Shown here piece after piece: positions 12,701 through 27,000 of a stretch of 64,000 nt of DNA (position 1 is its first letter; each line of letters begins with the position of its first letter). The translations under genes were made by a program, and so were the position numbers. The notes under the pieces are model-generated. The model ran no database searches, was not told the DNA's origin, and saw only the letters and a program-made list of their open reading frames with translations. The DNA is from the human T2T-CHM13v2.0 reference genome, Homo sapiens. The stretch is from assembly GCF_009914755.1 (NCBI RefSeq), contig NC_060925.1; one strand, given 5' to 3'.

Positions 12701-15205
12701 AAGATGAATAAAGATGAACTGGGTCTGTTGCCTAGGCTGTATAAAGGCCTTGTATAAATTAGAAAACATTTTCCTACCAAAAGGGAACCTAGTGAAATGA
12801 TGGCGATATGAGTTTTCAAAACAAAAATACAGGTATGATTATGGAAAGCATAATAGCAGAGCTGAGGGAGGAACAGTTAAGTTTCTGGACTCAGATTGAA
12901 ATGGAGCAGGTACAAAAGCACTTGGGAGGCCTCATCTTAGCCACCATCGCTTTGTGTCTGAAGATGCTAATTGAGCACAGCAATCAATGTCTTTTGTTTT
13001 TAGCTGTCAGCACTTTCCTGAAGGGCTTTGCCCAATACTAGAGGGAGAAACTCTTAACGAAGCTTCACTTTTCAGTAGCTATTATTATTACAGTTTCCTC
13101 TTGGAAGGAAAGAATTAATTGCTGTTTTGAAAAAAAAGTCACTGCAGTGAAGTTTTCAAATGTGAGGCCAAACGTAGATCACTTTCTTAAAAAAGGAAAA
13201 AAAAATTGGCCAAGGGCTACCCCACTGCTATACATTACAAAGAAAAAGCCTACATAAAAGTGAGCAGTGCGATGAGGTATTTCTTTCAGTTGCATATAGA
13301 CATTATGTTTATTTTATCATAAAGCCAGATTTTCACATTCCTTTTGTCTCTCCCCAGGCATTGAGAGTTGCTTTCTTGGTTGCTTCCTTAACAATTTGTG
13401 TAATTGGTTTCACTCACTGAGGCCCAATTGGTGGGTTCATTGTGAGTGTCTCATGAAATATGAATCTATTTAAAAATTAATAGTAAATCAATATTAATTC
13501 AATAAAATATTTTAATCTGAGGTATAAATATTTTATACCTTCACACAGACATGCAGATTTCAAAAGCCGTTTTCATGTTTCTGACAGGCTGTCCAGTTTT
13601 GCCACGACGACATTGAAATTATTCCTCCTCACACCGTGTGCCAGCTCTGGGGTCTCTCAGGAAGAGCTGCCCAGGTCAATGGTTATGTTTATTCAAACTG
13701 CTGAAGGAATGCAAATGAGATGCTTGCTGCAGAAGAACACAGGAAAGTTTACCTTGTTTAATCGAGTTTATAGTTTCTCGTGTCCCTGCCTGGAATAGAC
13801 TGAAAGGGAGTCTCATGCAATCTTAGAGGTTAATCCTTGTTCACACCAGGTTTGACTTATATCAACCCTGGCATGCTGTGGCACCTGAAGGCTTCCCTGA
13901 CAAGGGGCTTGAAAGAGATGGACTGCCACCGATCTAGTGGAAATGAGCCAGTTGCACCTAGCTGATAAAACCAGAGATTTACTGGAGCAGACAGGCCAGA
14001 GCTTAAACAGGCTTCTTTCTCTATTGAAACCCCTTCTGTCACTTGAATCAGTCATCTTCCCTGTCAGGCAGCATCAGCTAAAACAATAGAGTGGCGTCTG
14101 AGTTTAGCTGAAAAAAAGGAGATGTCAGATAAAAGATAGGAGTGTGTTATTCTGATCTGTGTGGTTTGGTCCACTTGATGTTCTCTGCTTGAATTCTGAG
14201 AGGGTGGTTCCTACTCCAGGTGCAGAATAAAGCCATAAAGACTTTAGAGCTAAGGTAATGATAATGAATTAGGAGGGGAAAAATGGTTTCAGTACTGATT
14301 CAATACAAGAAGTGCTAGGTAATGGCTAAAACAATAATTTTCCTCCTGTTGGGGTTTCTACCTTCATTTGTCTTTAATATATCTGTGCTACCTGATGCCT
14401 AAGCTATATTGGTAGACAGAAATAAGCTCCCAAAGAAGAAAATGTAAGCTGAACGCATTAAAAATTCATTGGCTATGGTTTCTTCCTCAGGGAGTGATGG
14501 CAAATGAGGCAATTGAATTACTCAATGTTTCCTGTGCATGGCCCAAGCCCTGGAGAACAAGTCTACACAGGTTAGAATAGCCACAAACTGGGAAGCGAAT
14601 GTTATGAACATAGTGGAGGATTTAAATAAGATACCTAACAGACAAGACTTGAGTCCTTCACATCTCTGCGGGTCTGCAGAGCCGTGCATAGAGTCTTGCA
14701 TGTAGTAGGCCCTCAACATACATTTTGCTGAAGGGATAAATATTTATATATTCATCTTTGACAGTTAATTTAATTTGCCTTTGCAGTGTTCTCTGGACAC
14801 AAAGTAGGTGTATTCCAAAATTGTGCCCTAGAATGATATATATGCTTAACTTTTCAGAAATTTATTGTTGTATTTTTATTTTAGAAGAGAAGGTTGCAAC
14901 TTTATAGAAACATATTGCTGCTGCTTATTGAAGCTAAGGGAATGTCGCTGCATCAATCAGGCCTCATGGCAGGGCTCTCTTTTCTGTGTGTGGGAGGGCA
15001 CCAGGAACAAATGTTTCTTTTGAGGTGTCCCCTGGCACTGATAGCACTCTCCTCTTCCATTTTCCCTTATCTGGTAAGCTGCTTTATTTCTGAATGTATC
15101 TGAGTGAGTTCTCTGGTCTTCTTTCTTAAACCTATTGAGTGGGAGGTGTGGATCAGTATATGTGGAAAGGGCTTGAGTCTGTTGCTAAATCAAGAGGGGG
15201 TCTTG

Positions 15206-15313
15206 ATAGGTTGACCAACTGTTCTGTTTTGCCCAGGGACTGTACTAATTTTTGTGCTGAAATTTCCACATCCTTGGAAATCCCTGAGTTCTAAGCAGAG
15301 ATAGTTGGCACTT
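15206..15313. mobile_element. hAT-Blackjack MITE (MER81/MER94-like)
   Basis: taggttgaccaactgttctgttttgcccagggactg...gctgaaatttccacatcc...agttggcac, with degenerate TIRs. Confidence 0.65.
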
Positions 15314-16374
15314 GATATTTCAGGTCTTGGACTTTTATGTTGTTCTGGGTTTCAAGTAAATGCTGAACTCCTAGAAGTTACATGGGTTTGAAGATTGAGA
15401 AGAACTGATATGTTTCTGATTTTTCTAATAATAATGTGTAAAATGACAGTTGTATAGTTTAGAGATCACCCACCTGGTGGTCTTTGCAAGCTCCATTCAG
15501 ACTCACAAACCACATTTAGAATCCGTTTACAAGAAGGATCTAGCTTAGGAACTACAGCTTGACTGGCAGAGTGGGGTCGGCAGTTCTCTTCTGTCAGAGG
15601 ACAGGACAGCTTAGTGGTAGAGCCAGGTTTCAAACCCAATGTCCTTGCCTTGCTTCTAACCACTCTGCTAAGGGGCACTCTGCAGTTAACAATGATGGAG
15701 GTGGTTAAAGTGTGCTCACTTTTATTGGAGTTGTTGATTCGTGTTTTCCCAGTCAATCATGACTCCTTTAGAGGCAAGAATCTGGCCTCATTCCACCTTG
15801 CATTCTCCCTGGGACCTAGTGGCTTTTGTGGTGTAGGGCAGTCTTTTGGCTTCTTGGGGGGTTGCCTAGCATCCTGGCAGTGGGTGTTGGTATATAAGAA
15901 CCTCAAAGTTGCAATGCCTTCCTCCTCACTTCCCCCTCCTCTCCATCTTCATTTTCCTACCACCGCCATTGGAGTTTACCCTGTCTGTCTCCCATGGAAA
16001 GTGGGTGGAGGAAACTTTATTATTTACATGGGGATAAAAAAATCAGGTCTTCCTAATTCTTGCTGTGTGGGTGTCTAGGTGTGTGCACACTTTTGTACAT
16101 AGAAAAGACGAGGGAGATATAAAGCCTTATTCAGATTTATGTATCCTTTTATGTAGACAGATTTTAATACTCAGGAACTTGTCTATTTCTTCCAAACCAC
16201 CCATATTTACTGAGAGGACAAAAAATTTATTGCCCTGTTGCCTAAAAGCAGCTGTTCCAGATGTGTGAAGAGAGGCCATATGCAAACATCCCAAAGGTAT
16301 GACACTTCAAATGATGACACTTTATTTAATTGTAAATGTTTAGATTTCTGAGAATTTAATTTCTTTCAAAGTAG

Positions 16375-16590
16375 AAAGCAGTATGGCATATTAGGAAAAA
16401 CCAGAATGGTGTAAATGCTAGTATTCTGTGATCTTAGCCAGAAAAATTAAGCTTCCTGAGCTTTATTTTCTTCAGCTAGGAAGTGGCATAATGTCTACCT
16501 TGTAGGATTTTTGTGAGGTTTAGGTAGAAGTATTGTTTCAAGTAACAGTTTCTGGCACATCATGATGACTCTAGAAATGGTTGCTATTAA
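16375..16590 (+). mobile_element. MIR SINE
   Basis: gcagtatggc...tgtgatcttagcc...cctgagctttattttcttc...ctggcacat MIR core. Confidence 0.65.
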
Positions 16591-17396
16591 AAGTAAGACA
16601 GAATTTAGTTTAGTTTAAGAAAGTGCTTTCAAGTATTAGCACTGCCTAACAATGAAATGGGCTCCACATCATTGAAGGCGTTGAAAACAAGGCCAAATCA
16701 TTATCTCTCTGGGAAGCAGTAGAGGGAAATTCTATGCAATGTAGAGATTTCCATTATTTAATAGATCATATAAAGAGTTGAGAAATTCTCACCTAAACTT
16801 CTCAATAAAAATACTGAAATTAAACAAACACTTTTTGATAGTTTTTATGGTAGATATATGAAATTGATGGGACTCAGAGAAGAATCTCGTTCTCAGAGTG
16901 GGGAGACTAGCTGTGATGCTCCTTTTAGAATGATACTTAGTATTCGACCTGTCCAGGCATTGTTGCAAGGAATTGGTGAGGAGAAGAATAAGGAACCTGG
17001 GTGTCTTTCTTCAACTTTGTCATGGCCCCCTGACTTCTTCAGTTCTAGCCTTAGGATTCCTTCTGCTGTCAGAGGAACAGGGAAGGACTTTCACAGTGCA
17101 TGGTCATTTAGCTAACATCCCAGGAAGCACTTTTTGAAGGGAGTGGTTGTTCGGGGAAGGCTGGGAGAGTGGGTAAAAATTGTCTTCAATGCAATTTGTG
17201 TGTTTGTTGCCTTAGCTTTGTTATGACGGTATTTGATAGGACTTCCAACAGTTTTCCCCTTACACAGGGTTCAAGATAAATCCACCTTTGATGACTTTTG
17301 GGTGTTTGTATATGATAAGTAAACAAGTGGCCCCTTCATTAAAGTTAGTTTAAGGAACACAGTTTACCTAATTTTAGTACTCTACATTCCCTTGAC

Positions 17397-17615
17397 CAAG
17401 CTTGTTAATCCATGGCCCACGGGCTTCATGTGGCCCAGGAAGCCTTTGAATGCAGCTCAATGTAAATCTGTAAACTTTCTTAAAACATTATGAGATTTTT
17501 TTGCAATTTGTTTTCAGCTTATCAGCTATCATTAGTGTTAGTGTATTTTATTTATGGCCCAAGACAATTCTTCTTCCAGTGTGGCTCAGGGAAGCCAGAA
17601 GATGGGACACCCCTG
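17397..17615. mobile_element. MER30 hAT-Charlie MITE
   Basis: caagcttgttaa...ggacacccctg. 8-bp TSD cccttgac (17389-17396) / ccctggac (17616-17623). Confidence 0.85.
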
Positions 17616-17919
17616 CCCTGGACTATAAGCTATAGGGCTGTTGGCTTACTGCTAGCAGCATTTTTTCCTTGTGGTTTTAATACTAGAAAATGTAACTTCC
17701 TTTTAAAAGATGATGCTTTAAAGATCATCAATGAAGTTAAGACCTCAAGTTATCTACAGAAAAGCTTATTATTATTATTATTTTTGCTGCAAACTGCAGA
17801 AAGCCTTTATTCATAAGGTAGAAGTACCTCAAAAGCTGTCTGATAAAAACACATTTCTACTGATGTTGTTTGATATGGTTTCTATTCACACAGAATGGAG
17901 CTCACAATCAACACAATTA

Positions 17920-18320
17920 ACATGATTAATTATGTCCATCTCAATAGCAATTAAAAATTTTTTAAAAAATTACAAATTAACATTTCTTATAAAAATATAC
18001 ACAATAATTCTCAACAAAGTATAGGCATATAAAATACAGCAATATAGAAAAAGAATAATACATTTTTGGTTGAACATTAAAGTCAAACAATGTGATTTAC
18101 ATATTAATTTAAGGAGAAAAATTGTATGACAGTTCAACAGGTGCAGAAAAAGCGTTGATCAAAATTCAACGTCAATTCATGATATGAATTCTGCAAAATA
18201 AAAAGAAGGAAAAATTCTCAGTCTAACGAAAGGCAATTTACAAAAATTCTAGAGCTTATATTATTATTAATGATGAAATGCCAAATGTACTTCCTCAAAG
18301 AGAACAGGCATGGTTGTCCA
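17920..18320 (+). mobile_element. Old L1M ORF2 fragment
   Basis: gcagaaaaagcgttgatcaaaattcaacgtcaattcatgat is a degenerate L1 RT-domain sequence. Confidence 0.65.
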
Positions 18321-18408
18321 GTTTTTATTTTATTTATTTATTTTTAAATTTCTTCAATGTTTATTTAAATATTAATCTATATGGAATGTAATATCTTTTT
18401 GTGTGTGT

Positions 18409-20018
18409 GTGAAAATGGCCATACTGCCCAAAGTAATTTATAGATTAAATGCGATTCCTATCAAGCTACCATTGATTTTCTTCACAGAATTAGAAAAAAC
18501 TACTTTAAACTGCATAAGGAACCAAAAAAGAGCCCATATAGCCAAGACAATTCTAAGCAAAAAGAGCAAAGCTGGAGGCATCATGCTACCTGACTTCAAA
18601 CTATACTACAAGGCTATAGTAACCAAAGCAGTATGGTGCTGGTACCAAAACAGATATATAGACCAATGGAACAAAACAAAGGCCTCAGAAATAATACCAC
18701 ACATCTACAATCATCTGATCTTTGACAAACCTGACAAAAATAAGAAATGGGGAAAGGATTTGCTATTTAATAAATAGTGCTGAGAAAACTAGCTAGCCAT
18801 ATGCAGAAAACAGAAACTGGACACCTTCCGTACACCTTATACAAAAACTAACTCAAGATGGATTAAAGACTTAAATCTAAAGCCTAAAACCATAAAAACC
18901 CTAAAAGAAAACCTAGGCAATACTATTCAGGACATAAGCATGGGCAAAAACTTCATGACTAAAACACCAAAAGCAATGGCAACTAAAGCCAAAATTGACA
19001 AATGGGATCTCATTAAACTAAAGAGCTTCTGTACAGTAAAAGAAACTATCATCAGAGTGAACAGGCAACCTACAGAATTGGAGAAAATTTTTGCAATCTG
19101 TCCATCTGACAAAGGTCTACTATCCAGAATCTACAAGGAACTTAAACAAATTTACAAGAAAAAGACAAACAACCCCATCGAAAAGTGAGCAAAGGATATG
19201 AACAGACACTTCTCAAAAGAAGATGTTTATGTGGGCCACAAACATATGAAAAAAAGCTCATCATCACCTGTTATTAGAGAAATGCAAATCAAAACCACAG
19301 TGAGATACCATCTCATGCCAGTTAGAATGGTGATCATTAAAAAGTCAGGAAACAACAGACGCTGGAAAGGATGTGGAGAAATAGGAACGCTTTTACACTG
19401 TTGGTGGGAGTGTAAATTAGTTCAACCGTTGTGGAAGACAGTGTGGCGATTCCTCAAGGATCTAGAACCAGAGATATCATTTGACCCAGCGATCCCATTA
19501 CTGGGTATATACCCAAAGGAATATAAATCATTCTACTATAAAGACACATGCACACATATGTTTATTGTAGCACTATTTACAACAGCAAAGACTTGGAACC
19601 AACCCAAATGCCCATCAATGACAGACTGGATAAAAGAATGTGGCACATATACACCATGGAATATTATGCAGCCATAAAAAATGAGTTCACGTCCTTTGCA
19701 AGGACATGAATGAAGCTGGAAACCATCATTCTCAGCAAACTAACACAGGAACAGAAAACCAAACACCACATGTTCTCACTTATAAATGGGAGCTGAACAG
19801 TGAGAACACATGGACACATGTAGAGGAACATCACACACTGGGGCCTGTCAGGGATAGGGGGCTAGGGGAGGGATAGCATTAGGAGAAATACCTAATGTAG
19901 ATGACAGGTTGATGGGTGCAGGAAACTACCATGGCACATGTATACCTATGTAACAAACCCACACGTTCAGCACATGTATCCCAGAACTTAAAGTAAAATA
20001 AAAAAATATAAATATAAA
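18409..20018 (+). mobile_element. 5'-truncated L1PA7/8-like LINE-1 (ORF2 C-terminus, 3'UTR, A tail)
   Basis: ORFs 18403-18777, 18940-19188 and 19198-19677 are L1 ORF2p pieces (KMAILPK..., [15 protein letters not shown]) broken by stops. A G-rich 3'UTR and A tail follow. Confidence 0.93.
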
Positions 20019-20514
20019 GAAATTTGAAGCATAAAAGCATTTTCTTTAAAACATACCTGGATTGTTAAATTTCCCAACATGCTTATTAGGGAAAAAACAT
20101 TTTTTGCTATTTGACTGAGTCTAAGATATTTGAAAGTTGCTCAGAACCACTTTGTCAAGATCTAATCACTTTCTACTTAAAATAATATCTTAGTTTCTCT
20201 CATACAAGTTACAATGGAGTTTTCAGTCTGAGTTTTCCTGTTTATCCTCAAATTCTCCTGATTAATCTGGTGACTTCCATTTTAATGGAATTTCATTGGG
20301 ATTTTCATTAAAATATAAACTAGAACTACTTTATTTTCATATTTTTAACTAAAAACATGTACAGAGATGGGATTCCAAATGGATACTGGGAGTTAGAAGA
20401 GAAAAAGAATTTAATATCAGTGATTTACAGTTCTTTGTATCAAGGATTTTAGATGTTAAAACTATTATATACTGCAGAAGATTTATTGGTTGAATGTTTT
20501 TTTTTTTTTCTGAG

Positions 20515-21000
20515 TTTATCACTTAGGGGTCAGTCGGGGGAAAAAATAGAAACTGCTCTAGGTGTTTCAACAGAAAGAATTTAATTTTGAAAATTGCTTT
20601 CACAGATTATAGAAGGGCTCAAACATCACACAAGCGATGTTGTGGCATCCCAAGTAGTAATACGAACAAGGAGCTACTACTGTCTCTAGGCCTGGGACAA
20701 CAGAAGAAGTTGGTGTTACCAGGATCTAGAAGCTGGGCTATCTAGTGGAAGATGAAACCATAGCAAGGAGGGACTATCTAGTAGAATCTAGCTTCTCCAG
20801 AGCCACAGATAAGACTTAGTCCCCGTTAGAGATTCTATCAAAAGGAGTCTTAGAAATGTTGTTTGCTGTGATTTCAAGAAGAGCAGGAAAAAGGTAGTAA
20901 ATTTGTCAGAGAACATACAGGCAAATGATTGGGACAATGGGAACCAGCACAGATGTTGTTTGATGCATAAAGATATAGGACCTTTTGGTACCAGAGATGA
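20515..21000 (-). mobile_element. Old LTR (LTR78/LTR33-like) fragment
   Basis: agaaactgctctaggtgtttcaacagaaagaatttaat motif. Boundaries and subfamily are approximate. Confidence 0.45.
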
Positions 21001-21483
21001 GACAACTTCTTTATTTTCAGTATGCATCTTGGACAACATCTTCAAATGGTAGTTTGCACTGATTTCTCTTTCCTTAGACCTTATTTTATAAAGGTATAAT
21101 GTAATCCATTTATAATGGGCATGAAATAAAGTTTAATCCCAAGTGTCTGTGGTTATGTTGTGATGCTTAAAAAATGAGAGACACCAAGCATTATGCTTAA
21201 CTTAGATAATGCTCTCTTTATCCCAGTAATTTGGGAACTTAAGAGTCTACTGACTAGCAAGCGTATTCATTCCTTAAAGACACAGGCCAGATTCACTCAA
21301 CAGAGAGGTAAGGCACAATGAAAATGCACAAACTATTTGCAGGCAGAAAGGCAGCAGGCATTCTAAAGACAGACAGGAGAAGAAATCTCCTGCTTCAGTA
21401 CTTTTGCAGGTCTGAACAATAGCTGGTAGGAAGAGGATGAGCTGGAGCTACGGAGATATAGTTATTGAAGACTTGAAACTTAC

Positions 21484-21504
21484 AGTGTAAACATTCAACA
21501 ATTG
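21484..21504 (-). other. Candidate 21-nt microexon (unassigned)
   Basis: Minus strand: cctctttttcttctgtcag|CAATTGTTGAATGTTTACACT|gtaagt. Confidence 0.2.
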
Positions 21505-21654
21505 CTGACAGAAGAAAAAGAGGACCCAGACAGAATCAGGACATGAATATTTTTCTTAAAGATTCATTGGTTCCCTAATGGGAAAAGAGAGAAAGGCAGT
21601 GCCTGAACGATGCTTCCCATTTTATCGTTTCTATTTTTAAAGATAGTTTATTTA

Positions 21655-22660
21655 GTTCATTCATGCATTCAACAAATATTTATTACAGTTTTGCTCTGTG
21701 CCAGGATAAAATGATAAACTGGATATCAATGGCCCTTGCCCTCTGAGAGCTTATAGTCTAGAGGAAGATGCTGACTAATGACCAGAAACTCCAGAAAAAT
21801 CTAACAGTTGTTAGCATGGATGAAGTGAGGACTTCTAGGGTCTTATCTTGAAGGAATACCTAATCCAGGTGGAGTGAGAAAAAGGAGGTGAAAGATTAGT
21901 GAAAACAAAGCCCACAATATTAAGCCTTGCAGGATGAGTAGGAATTGTTCAGGAAAAGGGTAATCAGGAAGAATAATCCAGGCAAAATAATAGCATACCA
22001 TATACAAACTCTTGCCAGGAAGGAGGCCATGGTGTTTTTGAGGATATGAAATAAATTCAAAATGGATGGTAGATAGAGTGCTATGTACTAAATAGCAAGA
22101 TAAGAAACCAGTGAGGTAAGCAGGCTTCAGGTCTTCATAAACTATATTGAGGAATTTAGATTTAACCCATTCATTCATTTACCCATTCCCCTCTCCATTC
22201 AACAAATAGTTTTCAGGTCTATATGCTAGGTGCTGGGCATAAAATGGTGAATGAGAAAGACAGAACCTCTTATCTCACAGAACCCAATAGTCTATGCAGG
22301 GAGATAATTTAAAAAGCAGTTTTAGTAAAGCATAAAAAGCTCTATAATAGGGCAGCTATGCTGAAAAGTGGTTGCTATGCAAACATGCAGTAGAGGCACT
22401 TAATCTGATTTTGTCAGCAGGGAGGATGATGGTGGTGGTGGGGAGAGGTAAGGACGATGATCCAGAAATGACATTTAACCTAAGACCTAAAGAATTTTTA
22501 GGAGTTAGTAGTTAGAAAGATTGAGGTAGTGGTTCTCTAAACATAGGAACGAGCATGTGCCAAAAGCTGGAAGTAAGAAAGCACGTGCCTCATCTGACGA
22601 CATAAAAGAATTTCTCTATGGCTAAAGGAGTGTATATATCCTCAGGGTAGTGAGAAGAAA
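21655..22660 (-). mobile_element. L2 fragments (two 3' ends)
   Basis: ttcattcatgcattcaacaaatatttatt at about 21655 and cattcattcattt...ttcaacaaatagtt at about 22170. Confidence 0.75.
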
Positions 22661-24044
22661 CATTTAGAGCATTGAGAAAGACTACTGGGCACATATATGA
22701 AGAAATATAAGAGTTTTTTAACAGATTTCCTGTATATTAGCAATGATTATTTAAATGTAATTGAGAAAAAAATTGTCAACAAAAATATTAATAATGATGG
22801 TAGCAGTGAACACATATGAAGCATTATGACTGGTACCAAAGCTTCTCTTTTGAGTCACTCTGCAAAACCTAACTCTCTCAGTTCTGTGCTCTTTTCACTG
22901 CATTATACCATTTCTAGAAACTTCATTCACTGTGTGATCATAACTCTGTTGAAACACTTTTCTCTCTCTTTAGGTTTCCCAAGCCATCTTTCCTGCACTT
23001 ATAGAAGGGTGACAAGTGTTTAGCTTAGCTCCAGCCAGTAGACAGCCTGGTGACGTGCAGTTCAGCAGCAGAATCTCTGAATGTGTACCTAGGGCTAGGG
23101 CCTTCCTACCACAATTTTTGGGGAAGAGCAGTGGCTGCCCGAGTTTGGGTTCTTTTTTCCTGACACCTGTGTTCTTAATCTTGCTGGCTTTATTTTCAGT
23201 GTATTCTTGTACTTTCCGTATTCTTGCCTTTTAAAGTTCTTCCTATTCAAAGGATTATTTTCTTCCCAATGCTTCTGGATCATTCCATTCTGCACATTTT
23301 GTATTAGATAACATATTGACATTTTACAATGCAATTTTATGATTTTATGGACGTGCACATCAGTTTCTCAGCATGCTGGCCACAGCGAACACATTTCCAT
23401 CAGTAAAGGCATGGTGCATGGACAGCCCAGATGTTAGCTAGTTGAAGAAACTCTCTAAACCTTGGTTAAATGACCTAACATGCTACTTTGGAATTACCAT
23501 AATGCCTTTGGGAAGGACATTTATCTGGCTATGTTTAATTTTCTACGGCAATAGCTTCAAGAAAAAATACTGAAGGAGGATTTATTTGCTCAATACTTTC
23601 TGTGGTGATATTTTTATTTTATATTAAATATACCTACTATATAAATTCAGTGCTTCCTCAGTTCATCATAGTTTAGGTATATTTAAAATATCACATGCTA
23701 TCAATGTAAGTGTGAAACCTGTTTACCGAATTTCTTCCTGAGCTGAGTCCAGACACTCTTTAACTTAGAACAAATTGCACATGCAAAATGAAGATAAAAT
23801 GCCAACATTCAGAGCAAGGCAAGTAAATATTGTCATGAGCGCTGCTGAAATAGAGGAAGGAGCATTGGGCTTGGAGTGAGAAAAAGTGGGTCTGCCACTC
23901 TACTTTTCTATTTAGTAGCAGTGGAACCTTGGATAAACCCGAACCTTGCTTTTCTCATACAAAATTGGCACGATGGATTCATGCCTTACTTTCTTGTATT
24001 CATTCATTTATGGTTTCATTCACTTACAAAAAAATATTTGCTGA

Positions 24045-27000
24045 CCTCATAGACTGAGTTAGAGAGGACTCCTTCCTCCTCAATTTTTTTGGGAATACTT
24101 TCAGCAGGGATGATACCAACTCTTCTTCATACATTTGATAGAATTCAGCTGTGAATCCATCTGGTCCTGGGTTTTTTTCTGGTTGGTAAGCTTTTTATTA
24201 CTGATTCAATTTCAGAACTCATTATTGGTCTTTCAGGATTTCAATTTCTTCCTGGATCAGTCTTGGGAGGTTGTATATTTCCAGGAATTTATCTATTTCT
24301 TCTAGGTTTTCTAGTTTGGATGCATAGAGGTGTTTATAGTCGTCTTTGAGGATTTCTTTTTATTTTTATGGGGTTGGTTGTTATTCCCCTTTGTCGTTTC
24401 TGATTGTGTTTATTTGCATTTTTTTTCTTTGTTAGTCTAGCCGATGGTCTACCAATCTTGTTAATTCTTTAAAAAAAAAACTTCCTGATTAGTTGATCTT
24501 TTGTATGGTTTTTCATGTCCCAATTTCCTTCTGATTTTGGTTATTTCTTGTCTTCTGCTAGCTTTGGGGTTGGTTTGCTCTTGTTTCTCTAGTTCCTCTA
24601 GGTGTGATGTTAGGTTGTTAATTTGAGATCTTTCTAACTCTTTGATGTGTGTGTTTAGTGCCATAAACTTCCCTCTTAACACTACTTTAGTTGTGTCTCA
24701 GAGACTTGGATGTCTTGTGTATTTATTATCATTTGTTTCAAAGAATTTCTTGATTTTGGTCTTAATTATGTTGTTTACCCAAAAGTCACTCAGAAGAAGA
24801 TTGTTTGATTTCCACGTAATTGTATGATTTTAAACAATTTTCTTAGTGAGGCCAGCATCATCCCGATACCAAAACCTGGCAGAGACACAATAAAAAAAGG
24901 AAACTTCAGGCCAATATCCTTGATAAATATGAGTGCTGAAGTCCTTAACAAAATACTAGCAAACTAAATCCAGCAGCACATCTAAAAGCTATCCACGATG
25001 ATCAAGTAGGCTTTATCCCTGGGATGCAATATTTGTTCAACATATGTAAATCAACAAATGTGATTAATCACATAAACAGAACTAAAAACAAAAACCGTAT
25101 GATCATCTCAATAGAAGCAGAAAATATTTTTGATAAAATTAAACATCCTTCATGTTATAAACCTTCAAAAAACTAGGCATTGAAGCAACATACCTCAAAA
25201 TAATAAGAACCGTTCATGACAAACCCACAGCCAACATCATACTGAATGAGCAAAAGCTGGAAGCATTCCCCTTGAGAACTGAAACAAGACAAGGATGCCC
25301 ACTCACACAATTCTTATTCAACATAGTATCGGAAGTCCTAGCCGGAGCAGTCAGACAAGAGAAAGAAATAAAAGGCATCCAAATAGGAAGAGAGGAAGTC
25401 AAACAACCACACTTGACACATGATATGATTCTATACCTGGAAAACCCCATAGCATCTGCTCAAAAGCTCCTAGATGTGATAAACAACCTCAGCAATGTTT
25501 CAGGGATACAAAATTAATGTACACGAATCAGTAGCATTTCTATACACCAACAACATCCAAACTGAGAGCCAAATTAACAATGCAACACCATTCACAACAG
25601 CCACAAAAAGAATCAAATACCCCAGAATACAGCTAACTATGGAGGTGAAAGGTCTATACAACCAGAATTACAAAACACTGCTCAAAGAAATCAGAGATAA
25701 CACAAACAAATTGAAAAACATTCCATGGTCATGGATAGGAAGAATCAATATCATTAAAATGGCCATACTGCCCAAAGCAATTTACAGATTCAATACTATT
25801 CCTATCAAATTACCAATGACATTCTTCCCAGAACTGGAAAAAAATTTCATAAAACTCATATGGTACCAGAAAATAGCTTGAATAGCCAAAGCAATCCTAA
25901 GAAAAAGAACAAAGCTAGAGACATCATGTTACTTCACTTCAAACTATACTACAAGGCTACCGTAACCAAAACAGCTTGGTACTGGTACAAAAACAGACAC
26001 ATAAACTAATGGAACAGAATAGAGACCCACAAATAAAGTGGCACACCTACAACCATCTGACCTTTGACAAACTCAACAAAAACAAGCAATGAGGAAAGGA
26101 CTCTCTATTCAATAAATGATACTGAGATAACCGGTTAGCCACATGCAGAAGATTGAAGCTGGACCCCTTCCTTACATCATATACAAAAATCAACTCAAGA
26201 TGGATTAAGTACCTAAATGTACAACCTAAAACTATAAAAACCCTGGAAGATGACCTGGGACATACTATTCCGAACATAGGCTCTGGCAAATATTTCATAA
26301 GGAAGATGCCAAGAGCAATTGCAACAAAAACAAAAATGGATAAATGGGACCTAATTAAATTAAAGAGCTTCTGCACAGCAAACCAAACTATCAATAAACA
26401 GACAACTTACCAAATAGGAGAAAATATTTTCAATCTATGCATCTGACAGAAGTCTAATATCTGGAATCTATAAGGAACTTAAACAAATTAACAAGCAAAA
26501 AACAACCCCATTAAAACATGGGCAAAAGACACGAACAGACGTTTTTCAAAAGAAGACATACACATTGCCAACAGCATATGAAGAAAATACTTAACATCAC
26601 TAATCATTAAAGAAATGCAACTCAAAAACCACAGTGAGATAGCATCTCATACTAGTCAGAATGGCCATTACCAAAATGTCAAAAAATAGCAGGTACTGTC
26701 AAGATTGCAAAGAAAAGGGAACACTTATACACTGCTGGTGGGAGTGTAAATTAGTTCAGCCATTGTGGAAAGCAGTGTGGTGATTTCTCAAAGAATTAAA
26801 GGCAGAAGTACCATTTTGTCCCAGCAATCATGTTATTGGGTATACAAAGACACATGCACATGTATTTTTATCACAGCACTATTCACAATAGCAAAGTCAT
26901 AGAATCAATCTAAATGCCCACCCAATGGTAGACTAGATAAAGAAAATCTGGTAAATATACACCATGGAATAGTACACAGCCATACAAAAGAATGAGATCA

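Noticed and set aside
15467-15482. CTCF-like motif (minus strand CCACCAGGTGGG)
   Set aside because: It mismatches the conserved GGC end, and a single motif without chromatin data is not supportable.
15614-16078. 154-aa ORF
   Set aside because: It begins in a MIR-like fragment with a non-ATG start and has no domain signal.
18403-19677. Long ORFs (124, 82 and 159 aa) as protein-coding genes
   Set aside because: These are stop-interrupted L1 ORF2p remnants of a 5'-truncated element. The same applies to the ORFs at 24461-26446 and 55011-55277.
19840-19872. G-quadruplex motif
   Set aside because: This is the ordinary G-rich tract of the L1 3'UTR and is not locus-specific.
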